A program made the translations under genes and the position numbers. A DNA stretch of 41,114 nucleotides from an uncultured Gemmatimonadota bacterium (GTDB lineage Bacteria; Blakebacterota; Blakebacteria; Blakebacterales; Blakebacteraceae), in contig CAZNUA010000033.1 of NCBI GenBank assembly GCA_964576115.1, positions 1-41,114 on the forward strand, written 5' to 3'. Under the pieces are notes generated by a model. The model had not been told where the DNA came from. It searched no databases and was given only the letters and a program-made list of their open reading frames with translations. Below, piece by piece: positions 32,860-41,114 of the stretch (its first letter is position 1; every line of letters starts with the position of its first letter).

Positions 32860-33384
32860 ATGCCGTTGATCGCCCTGCTGCGCAAGCTGTTCAAGACCCT
32901 GAACTCGGACGGCACCCCGGCCCAGATCGCGGCCGGGATCGTCCTGGGTGCGGCCCTGGGGCTGACCCCCATCGCCAACCTGCACAATCTCATCATCCTC
33001 GCCGCGGCCGTGCTGACCCGGGTGTCCTTCCCCGCCTTCATGCTCGGCTGGGCCCTCTTCGTGCCGGTCGGGTTCCTCTTCGATCCGGTCTTCCACTCGC
33101 TGGGCCAGAGCCTGCTCGTCGATTCCGGGACGCTGGAGGCGACCTGGACCGGGATGTACAACACCCCCGTGCTGGCCCTGACCAACTTCAACAACACCGT
33201 CGTACTGGGCAGTTTCCTCGTCTGGTGTGCAGCCGCCATACCGCTCTACGTCGGGGCCCGGATCGGGGTGGCGAAATACCGCCGGCACGTGTACGAACGA
33301 CTCGAACGGACGAGGCTCTTCAAGGCCCTCAAAGCCTCGAAGATCTATAAGTACTACACGATGCTTCGGCCGGAGCTGGACTGA
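32860..33384 (+). CDS. TIGR03546-family membrane protein
   Basis: LNS..TP.QIA.G..LG..LGLTP, DP.FH.LG and YNTP...LT.FNNT.V.GS motifs; coupled to the next gene (TGATG). Confidence 0.85.
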   Translation: MPLIALLRKLFKTLNSDGTPAQIAAGIVLGAALGLTPIANLHNLIILAAAVLTRVSFPAFMLGWALFVPVGFLFDPVFHSLGQSLLVDSGTLEATWTGMYNTPVLALTNFNNTVVLGSFLVWCAAAIPLYVGARIGVAKYRRHVYERLERTRLFKALKASKIYKYYTMLRPELD

Positions 33385-35363
33385 TGGCCGGCTCGAATAA
33401 CGAACCGTCCACCGGCACCCGGAAGAAAGCCAAACCACCAGCCCGTGGTCTGAAGAAATACCTGCGTCTGAAGGCGATCGTACCGCTGGTGATCTTCCTG
33501 GTTCTGGCCGGCGCCGTGTGGCTGCTCCTGCTCGACTCTATCGTGCGCCGCGGTGTGGAGTGGACCGGCTCGCAGCTGACCGGCGCCCGGGTCGACGTGG
33601 CCGAGGCCGAGGTGCGTCCTTTCGCCGGACGCTTCGTCCTGCGGGGCATCGCCGCGGCCGATCCCGAGGCGCCGATGCGCAACCTGATCGAGATCGGCGA
33701 GGCGGTGGCCGACGTGCGCCTCGGCCCCCTGCTCGAGAAAAAGATCATCATCGACACCCTGGCGGTGACCGGGGTGCGCTTCGGCACCCCAAGGACCGAA
33801 TCGGGGGCGCTGGAGCGCCGCAGCGCCACCACGGGCGCCGCCGCCCGCCGGTTCTCGACCTGGACCCGTGACCTGCCGATTCCCGCCTTTTCGCTGCGCG
33901 GGCTGGGCGAGGCGGTCAATGTCTCGGCCATCAGCGCCGACAGCCTCCGGACCGTCCGCCTGGCCAACCGCCTCGTTACCGAGGCGGATTCACTGCAGGA
34001 GCACTGGACCGCGGAACTCAGCGACCTCGATGTCAGCGCCGAGATCGACAGTACCCGCGCCCTGCTCGAGCGCAGCGGTGAGATCAACCTGCGGCGTATC
34101 AGCCTGCGACAGATCGAGGCGGTCCGCGATCTGGTGGTCTCGGGACGCGATCTGGTACGCTCCCTGCAGGCCAAACGCGACCGGCTGACCGAACTGAGCC
34201 GGAGCTTTCAGGATGGCTGGCACGATCTGCGCGACGGGCTCGGGAGCCTGGATGAGGCGCGCGACGTCGATTACGACTGGGCCCGCTCGCAGTTGCGGAT
34301 TCCCTCGATCGAAGCGCCCGATCTGGGCCCGGCCCTGTTCGGCGAGATGGCCCGCGACCACCTGGCCCCGGTCCTGCGCGCTCTCGATACCGTGGAAGAG
34401 CACCTGCCGCCGGGGCTGAAACAGAAGCTCGAACCCGGCCCCAAGCGCCTGCGCCTGGCCGGGACCACGGTCCGCTTCCCCCGGCGCGCAGAACTTCCCG
34501 CCCTGTTGCTCGAACGGGGCGAGTTCTCGATGAGCCTCGGTCCGGCTGACCGGCCCGAGGCATACGAACTGCTGGTGACCGGGCTGACCACCGAGCCGGC
34601 GGTCTATGGCGAGCCCACCCGCTTCCGGCTGGCTCGGGCCAGCGGCGGCGCCGGCGAGCGGACCCTGCAGGTCACGGGTACGGTGGATCACACCACCGAG
34701 GTGCCGCACGACACCGTGACGGTGGCCCTGGCCGGAGCCGGCATGGGCGAGGTGGCTCTCGGCTCGCTGTCGGGCCGGCTCGATCTGGGAACCGGCGAAT
34801 CGATGCTCCGGTTGACCCGCTCGGGCCCCGAACTGGACGCCCTGATGACCTGGGAGTGCTCCGCTCTGGACTGGGTTTCGACCGGGCAGCGCAGCCGCCT
34901 GGAACAATTCGTCTGGGAAACCCTGGCCGGGCTCGACCGGCTCAGTCTCGAGATCCGCGCCAGCGGTCTGGCCGAAGATCCCCGTCTGAGGGTGACCTCG
35001 AACATCGCCGGCACCCTCTCCCGGGCCCTGCAGGACCGGCTGGGAGCAGAGATCCGCCGGGCCGAGGCCGAGGTGCGCAGAGCGGTGAACGAACGGATCG
35101 CCTCCTACGAAGCCCGTGCCCGGAGCGAGATCGATGCCGTGCGGAGCGGAGTCGAGGAACGGATCGGCGAACTCGAGGGCCGCCTAGACGAGGTCAAAGC
35201 CGAACTCGAAGCCCGCCTGCGCCGACTGACCGACGCCCTGCCCCCCGGGATCATTCCGCCTTCAGAATCCGTAGCGGATCCAGACCGGAGGCCTTCCGGG
35301 CCGGCAGGTAACTCGCCAGCAGGGCAACCGTGCACAACAGCAGCGAGACCGATACAAAGGTAG
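33384..35363 (+). CDS. TIGR03545-family protein (membrane-anchored, coiled-coil); 3' end overlaps the convergent permease
   Basis: N-terminal TM helix, GA.VD, ADP..PM.NL, PLLEKKIII and F.T.R..SG motifs; follows the TIGR03546 gene. Confidence 0.82.
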   Translation: MAGSNNEPSTGTRKKAKPPARGLKKYLRLKAIVPLVIFLVLAGAVWLLLLDSIVRRGVEWTGSQLTGARVDVAEAEVRPFAGRFVLRGIAAADPEAPMRNLIEIGEAVADVRLGPLLEKKIIIDTLAVTGVRFGTPRTESGALERRSATTGAAARRFSTWTRDLPIPAFSLRGLGEAVNVSAISADSLRTVRLANRLVTEADSLQEHWTAELSDLDVSAEIDSTRALLERSGEINLRRISLRQIEAVRDLVVSGRDLVRSLQAKRDRLTELSRSFQDGWHDLRDGLGSLDEARDVDYDWARSQLRIPSIEAPDLGPALFGEMARDHLAPVLRALDTVEEHLPPGLKQKLEPGPKRLRLAGTTVRFPRRAELPALLLERGEFSMSLGPADRPEAYELLVTGLTTEPAVYGEPTRFRLARASGGAGERTLQVTGTVDHTTEVPHDTVTVALAGAGMGEVALGSLSGRLDLGTGESMLRLTRSGPELDALMTWECSALDWVSTGQRSRLEQFVWETLAGLDRLSLEIRASGLAEDPRLRVTSNIAGTLSRALQDRLGAEIRRAEAEVRRAVNERIASYEARARSEIDAVRSGVEERIGELEGRLDEVKAELEARLRRLTDALPPGIIPPSESVADPDRRPSGPAGNSPAGQPCTTAARPIQR

Positions 35364-37802
35364 GGAAATCGGTCGGCGTAATCCCGAACACGAAACTCTC
35401 AAGCAGGTGCGAGAGTCCCAGCGCGGCACCGAGACCGATACCGATACCCACACCGGTCAGCACCGCACATCGACCGAGAATCATCCCCACCACATTCTGA
35501 GGCCTGCCACCGAGAGCGAGCCGGATACCGAGTTCATGATTCCGCTGTCTGACGTAATACGTCATCGAGGCGTAGATTCCCGAGGCCGCGAGCAGGAACG
35601 CAACCAGGGCAAAGAAGGAAAAGAGCGCGGAATAAAAGCGTGGCATTCTCATCGACCGGGACATCCGTTCGTTCATGGTGCGTACCGGACTGACGGAGAG
35701 ATCGGGATCAACACGCCATACCGCTTCTTTGAGAGCATCAGCCATGGCTACCGACTCGCTTGCGTACCTGACGAGCACCTCCAATCTGTCAAACAGTGTT
35801 CCCACCTGCAGGAACGGCACGTAGATGTTGCTCTCTTTCTGCCAGTCGAGCCAGAGGTGGCTCAGATCTTCAATGACACCGATCACCTGAACTCTGAGCC
35901 AGGGACACACAAGCACCGTCCCCAGGGGTGATTCCTCACCCCAGAGCTGATGAGCCAGCGTTTCGTTCACCAGGGCGGGCACGGTTATCACACCACCCTG
36001 TACGCGAGTTGATTCTCCGGTCTCGTCCGGGATACCCCGATCCTCATCCTCGGTGAAGGTGCGACCCGCCATCACCCGGGCTCCGAGCGTTTCCAGATAC
36101 CCATGCGTCACCGGTCGTACCCATATATCCACACTGTTGTCGGGCTGGTCGTTGCGCGTAAACGGTGAAAAGACAAAGTGGTTTTCGGCGAAAGGCAGAC
36201 TCAGGCTTCCTCCGGCCGCGATGACACCGGGGATGCTGCGAACCTCTGTCAGCACGTCGGTGGTGAACCGGGCTTTGGATTCCGCCTCTGCATACCGCGT
36301 ACTGCCCCATCCGAACTGCACGCCACAGGTGAGAAGACTGTCGGTATCGAAACCGGGATCCACCTGACGAAGGCGCAGGAAGCTGTTGAACAGCAGGCCC
36401 GCTCCGACGAGCAGCATCAGCGCGAGAGCAATCTCGGTTATCATCAGGGCATCCCGCAGCACATTCCCGCGCCGTGTCCGGGTTATCGTTGCACGTCCTT
36501 TCTGTAGGGTGGCGAACACGCCCGAACGTACCGTCCGGAAGGCGGGCAGGAGACCGAACAGAATACCGGTAATGACCGAGAGCACCGTAGCGAAAGCAAC
36601 GATACGCCAGTCGACTGCGATAGATGTCAAACGGGGGATGTTCTCTGCGGCGAGCATCGTGAACGCTTTGATACCGCAAACAGCCAGAGCGATTCCCAAC
36701 CCGCCGCCGATACATCCCAGCACCGCGCTTTCGGTCAGCAGCAACTTGATCTGGCCGCTTCTGGAGGAACCGAGAGCGGAGCGGAGCGCCATTTCCCGGG
36801 CACGGTCCGTTCCCCGGGCGAGAAACAGATTGGCGATGTTCGCACACGCAATACAGAGCATCAATCCCACTGCCCCCATCAGCAGGAGCAGAGTCGAACC
36901 AATGTCCCCGGTGGTAGCATCATGAAGCGAGGTGAGGGAAAAGTGCAGGGGGGAACCATCCCGGTTCCGGCAACTTTCAGGGTATCGTTCCGCCAGTGAG
37001 AGAGCCAGCGCATCGAGCTGCTCCTGCGCCCGGGTAGTACTCTTGTCTTCCAGACGGGCCACAACCCGCATCATGTGGTTCCGCCGCTGTTCGCGAAGCG
37101 CCTGGGGAGGATTCGACGGGACCCAGACATCGATGTGATCCCGTATGAGTGCTTCCGGCTCGACGAAGTCAGCTGACAGAACACCTACGATCATGTGGGT
37201 CTGCCCGTCCAACCTGATGGTGCGCCCGACCACGCTCCTCTCGCTATTCCCGTAGCGCTGCCAGAAACTGTGCGACAGGACCACACTACGGGGAGCATCC
37301 GGCGTGAAATCTTCGACGGTGAAGAGGCGCCCGACGGCCGACCGGGCTCCGAAGATCGGTAGAAAATCCTGCGTCAGCTGACCGACGTTGACACGTTCTG
37401 GATTCCCCAACCCCAGGAGATCCTGTTCCCGATCCCATTGCGCACCGATCGAAGTGAAGACGTCGGTACTCTCCCGCACATCCATGAAGTCGGGGATCGA
37501 CATACCCGATCCCTGCAGCCCGATGGTGACCAGTTCCCCGGTCTCCGGATAGGGTAGCGGGCGGAGAAGAACATGATCCACAACCGAGAAGATGGTGGTC
37601 GTCGCCCCGATACCCAGTCCGATCATCAGGATGACGGCAAAGGAGAATCCGGGATAGCGACGGAAGCCCCGCAGGGTGTGTCGTATACTCTGCCGGTAGA
37701 TGCTCTTGCAGCTGCCATCATCAACCAGATACAACTCACAGCACTGGTCGTAGACCTTTTCGGTGTCACCGAATCGACGTCGAGCTTCCTTTTGCGCTTC
37801 CT
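35251..37802 (-). CDS. MacB/FtsX-like duplicated ABC permease (ADOP type) #3, 5' end lost in the gap
   Basis: The frame stays open upstream of the called TTG 37734 to the gap (EAQKEARRRFGDTEKVYDQC, a permease-prefix motif); LLRPLPYP, IACANIANL, ELGIRLALG and LPARKA..LDP motifs. Confidence 0.9.
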
Positions 37803-37902
37803 NNNNNNNNNNNNNNNNNNNNNNNNNNNNNNNNNNNNNNNNNNNNNNNNNNNNNNNNNNNNNNNNNNNNNNNNNNNNNNNNNNNNNNNNNNNNNNNNNN
37901 NN

Positions 37903-38339
37903 GCATCGTACTCGATGACAACACCCCCCCGGCCTCCGGCCAGACAGACCGGGAAGACGTTCTTCTGCGAGGTGGAGTCGCGCCGGACCTCTTTGCCAAC
38001 CGTGATCCGGTCGAAGCGGGTCAGATCATGGCGGGTGACGATCATCGGCACCATGAGCCCCCACCACTTCGCAACCGTCATGGCCCTGCGATCGACGATG
38101 ATGCCCGAACGCCCGAAGATCAGGGCTACTCCGGCCCCGCCGAAGAGGAGGCCGAGAACGAAAAGGAAGAGGGGTGAGATATCCTCATCCATCGGTATCC
38201 CGCTGAGCCGCAGGGCCGTGAGGATCATGAACACTCCGGGGATCAGGAAGGGCAGCCCGAGGAGCATCAGCCAGCCGCCGCCGCTCCTTCGCTCCATCCG
38301 GTTGTCCGGAACCTGTGGCGTCATGTCGGCGGATGTCAT
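37903..38339 (-). CDS. Hypothetical membrane protein (2 TM helices plus a beta-rich soluble part), 3' end lost in the gap
   Basis: GGAG RBS before ATG 38339; two hydrophobic helices followed by GRSGIIVDRR..KWWGL. Confidence 0.65.
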
Positions 38340-38548
38340 GCGGACTCCATTCTTCCCGGGCGATTCACACCTGCCGGACCGGTGGTAATGGTAACCACAA
38401 TCATCCCCGGCGGTCGACCGCATCGCCATGGATCATGAAGAGATTTCCGCGTTTCATATCCGATTATCTTTGATTAAAGTAAACCGAACCACATCAGCCG
38501 GGTTCCAGTGCCGGCTCGAGACGGGTGACAACAGAGGAGACACGACAG

Positions 38549-40270
38549 ATGGCAGTGGAACGAACCCACGACGTCCTCATCTACGGGACCGGTCTGGCGG
38601 GCCTTCGGGCTGCGGTCGAGATTTCCCGCAAGAGCGAGGGCAAGGTCGACATAGGTCTGGTCTCCAAAGTCCAGATCATGCGATCGCACTCCGTATGCGC
38701 CGAGGGCGGTACGGCGGGGGTCCTCTATCCCGAGGAGGGGGACTCATTCGACCTGCACGCCTGGGATACCGTCAAGGGATCCGACTTCCTGGCCGATCAG
38801 GATGTCGTCTACAAGTTCGTGCAGCAGTGCCCCGAAGAACTGCTGTTGCTCGATCACTGGGGGATCCCCTGGTCGCGCGACGAGCAGGGCAAGATCGCCC
38901 AGCGCCCCTTCGGCGGGCATTCCTACCCCCGGGCGACCATGGCCGCCGACAAGACCGGCTTCATGGAGATGCAGACCCTCTACGACACTCTCAACCAGTG
39001 GCATTACACCCGCTACGACGAGGTGTTCGCGACAGGACTGCTGGTCGAGGAAGGCCGCTTCGCGGGTCTGATGGTGATCGACGCCTTCAGCGGCGAGATG
39101 CTGGTCCTGCGCGCCAAGGCCCTGATCATCTGCACCGGCGGAGCCGGGGCGATCTACGACTTCACCACCTACTCGCACACCGTCACCGGCGACGGCCTGG
39201 TGCACGCCCTGCGGACAGGCCTGATGCCGCTCGAGGACATGGAATTCATCCAGTTCCACCCCACCGGGCTGATCCCCTCGGGAATCCTGATGACCGAGGG
39301 CTGCAGAGGCGAGGGCGGGTACCTGCGCAACGCCGCGGGCGAGCGTTTCATGGACAAATACGCCGCCGAGAAAATGGAGCTGGCTCCGCGCGACATCATC
39401 TCGCGCTCGGAGATGACCGAGATCCTCGAAGGGCGCGGGCTGACCGACGAGGCCAGCGGTCTGGGTCACGTCTGGCTCGACCTGACCCACCTCGGGGCCG
39501 AGAAGATCAACAAGCGCCTGCCGCTGATCCGTGAGGTCTGCATGGGCTTCCTGGGCATCGATCCGATCCACGACCCGATCCCGGTCCGCCCGGTCGGCCA
39601 TTACTCGATGGGCGGGCTGGAGGCCGACATCAACGGCCGCACCCGGGTCGAGAACATCTGGGCGGCCGGCGAGGTGGCCTGTCACAGCCTTCACGGCGCC
39701 AACCGGCTGGGCACCAACTCCACCGCCGAATGCCTCGTGTACGGCGGTTTCGCCGGCGCCGGAGCCCTGGAATACGTCCAGGGGGGCGCCGAACTGGCCC
39801 CGGTGCCCGACGATCAGGTCCGGGCCGAAGAGGCGAGGATCTACGAGGATATGATCACGCGGGACGGGCCCGAGAACCCCTACCTGCTACGCAAGGAACT
39901 CCGGAGCATGATCACCGAGTGCATGGGTGTGTTCCGGACCGGCGAGCTGATGGAGCAGGGTCTGACCCGCCTGGCCGAGCTCCGGGAGCGGTTCGCGCAG
40001 ATCCACGTCAAGGATCCGGGGCGGTACTACAACACCAATCTCTTCCACGTGCTCGAACTCGAGAACCTGCTCGATCTGGCCGAGGTGATGCTCGTCGGAG
40101 GTCTGGCGCGCACCGAATCGCGCGGCGCCCACTCCCGCCGGGATTTCACCGAGCGGGATGACGAGAACTGGCTCAAGCACACCCTGGTCTGGAAGCGGGA
40201 TACCGGACTCGAACTGGACTACAAACCGGCGATCATCACGCACTGGAAGCCGGTCGAGCGGAAGTACTGA
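38549..40270 (+). CDS. sdhA: Succinate dehydrogenase/fumarate reductase flavoprotein subunit
   Basis: [16 protein letters not shown] (covalent FAD His), [32 protein letters not shown] and ESRGAH motifs; ATG 38549 with GAGGAG RBS. Confidence 0.96.
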   Translation: MAVERTHDVLIYGTGLAGLRAAVEISRKSEGKVDIGLVSKVQIMRSHSVCAEGGTAGVLYPEEGDSFDLHAWDTVKGSDFLADQDVVYKFVQQCPEELLLLDHWGIPWSRDEQGKIAQRPFGGHSYPRATMAADKTGFMEMQTLYDTLNQWHYTRYDEVFATGLLVEEGRFAGLMVIDAFSGEMLVLRAKALIICTGGAGAIYDFTTYSHTVTGDGLVHALRTGLMPLEDMEFIQFHPTGLIPSGILMTEGCRGEGGYLRNAAGERFMDKYAAEKMELAPRDIISRSEMTEILEGRGLTDEASGLGHVWLDLTHLGAEKINKRLPLIREVCMGFLGIDPIHDPIPVRPVGHYSMGGLEADINGRTRVENIWAAGEVACHSLHGANRLGTNSTAECLVYGGFAGAGALEYVQGGAELAPVPDDQVRAEEARIYEDMITRDGPENPYLLRKELRSMITECMGVFRTGELMEQGLTRLAELRERFAQIHVKDPGRYYNTNLFHVLELENLLDLAEVMLVGGLARTESRGAHSRRDFTERDDENWLKHTLVWKRDTGLELDYKPAIITHWKPVERKY

Positions 40271-40283
40271 GGAGGGAGCGATC

Positions 40284-40724
40284 ATGGAAGTCAAGCGATA
40301 CCCCAACAAACTGGGCCTCTGGGGCTGGCTCGGAGGCGGCCACTGGGGAGTGGAGCGTTACCTCTACACGCTGCACCGGGTCACCGGCCTCGGTATTCTG
40401 TTCTACTTCCTGTTGCACATCGTCGTAACCTCGAGTCGGGCTCTGGGCCAGCAGCAGTGGGAAGCGGTGATGGGTTTCTTCGGAAACACCATCTTCTACA
40501 TCGGCGAATACCTCGTCTTCGTGGCTTTCGCCTTCCATGCCCTGAACGGTCTGCGCCTGGCGCTGATAGAACTCGGTATCCTGACCGGTCCCGCCGAGGA
40601 GCCGATCTACCCCTACCGCAGTTCGCTCAACGTACAGCGGCCCTTCATGCTGGTGATGATGGTCCTGGCGGCGGTGATCATCCTCGCCGGCGGCTGGGAC
40701 TTCTTCTTCACCGGCGGACACTGA
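40284..40724 (+). CDS. sdhC: Succinate dehydrogenase cytochrome b subunit
   Basis: LHRVTG, LLHI and FHALNGLR haem-His motifs; 3 TM helices; ATG 40284 with GGAGG RBS. Confidence 0.9.
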   Translation: MEVKRYPNKLGLWGWLGGGHWGVERYLYTLHRVTGLGILFYFLLHIVVTSSRALGQQQWEAVMGFFGNTIFYIGEYLVFVAFAFHALNGLRLALIELGILTGPAEEPIYPYRSSLNVQRPFMLVMMVLAAVIILAGGWDFFFTGGH

Positions 40725-40738
40725 GGAGGTGATGAGCC

Positions 40739-41114
40739 GTGGCGATTAAAGACACCAAACTGTGGAGCTGGCACGTCCTGGCAGGACTCATCATCCTCAT
40801 CCTGCTGGGCCTGCACATGCTCACCATGCACCTGAACGAGCTGTTGCCGATCGCGCTGCTCAACCCCGGGAACGTGGCCGACCCGATCGACTGGGCCAAC
40901 GTTGCCGTCCGCGCCCAGCAGATCGGCATGATCGTCATCTACATCCTGCTTCTCGGGATCGCCCTCTTTCACGGTCTCTACGGGCTGCACACCATCCTGA
41001 TGGAACTCAATCCCTCGCAGGGCGTGCGGGGTCTGATCAGCGGCATGATCGTTTTCGTCGGCGTGGTGCTCTTCATCGTCGGCACCTGGGCCGCGGTCGC
41101 CGCTCCATCAGTAG
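40739..41114 (+). CDS. sdhD: Succinate dehydrogenase membrane anchor; runs off the window end
   Basis: Not in the ORF track. GTG 40739 after GGAGG: MAIKDTKLWSWHVLAGLIILILLGLHMLTMH...LFHGLYGLHTILME; 3 TM helices. Confidence 0.85.
   Translation, partial: MAIKDTKLWSWHVLAGLIILILLGLHMLTMHLNELLPIALLNPGNVADPIDWANVAVRAQQIGMIVIYILLLGIALFHGLYGLHTILMELNPSQGVRGLISGMIVFVGVVLFIVGTWAAVAAPSV

Noticed and set aside
37626..38429. 267-aa ORF spanning the second N gap
   Set aside because: It joins a membrane-protein 5' part to an off-frame reading of permease #3 across a placeholder gap.
38466..38483. FNR-like box upstream of sdhA (TTGAT-TAAA-GTAAA)
   Set aside because: The second half-site matches only 3/5 and cannot be told apart from an AT-rich promoter.

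Overview
High-GC bacterial scaffold segment with two 100-N gaps, probably from a MAG. The homodimeric GlyRS, the FlgD-Ig/T9SS-like tail on the S8 protease, the PadR/ADOP permeases and the TIGR03545/6 pair point to an FCB-group lineage such as Gemmatimonadota or Latescibacterota (inference). Most of the window is housekeeping or envelope genes: a ZIP transporter (partial), a PLP aminotransferase, ligA-mpg-fhs-uvrA, two PadR + orphan MacB-like permease modules flanking a serine hydrolase and an NTF2 lipoprotein, TPR-glyQS-S8 protease-ChaN, ybjQ, a LiaF-like membrane protein, a hydrolase, TIGR03546/TIGR03545, a third lower-GC permease and sdhA-C-D. The best candidate for something new is a ~3.8 kb islet (1.5-5.3 kb) between the aminotransferase and uvrA. 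It carries an AbiEi-like/Fic fusion convergent with an ATPase-PD-(D/E)xK protein, is bracketed by related AT-rich palindromic sites in inverted orientation (one dif/cer-like), and ends in an IS91-like transposase remnant. No tRNA, rRNA or CRISPR array was seen. All calls come from motif recognition by eye; no database searches were run.
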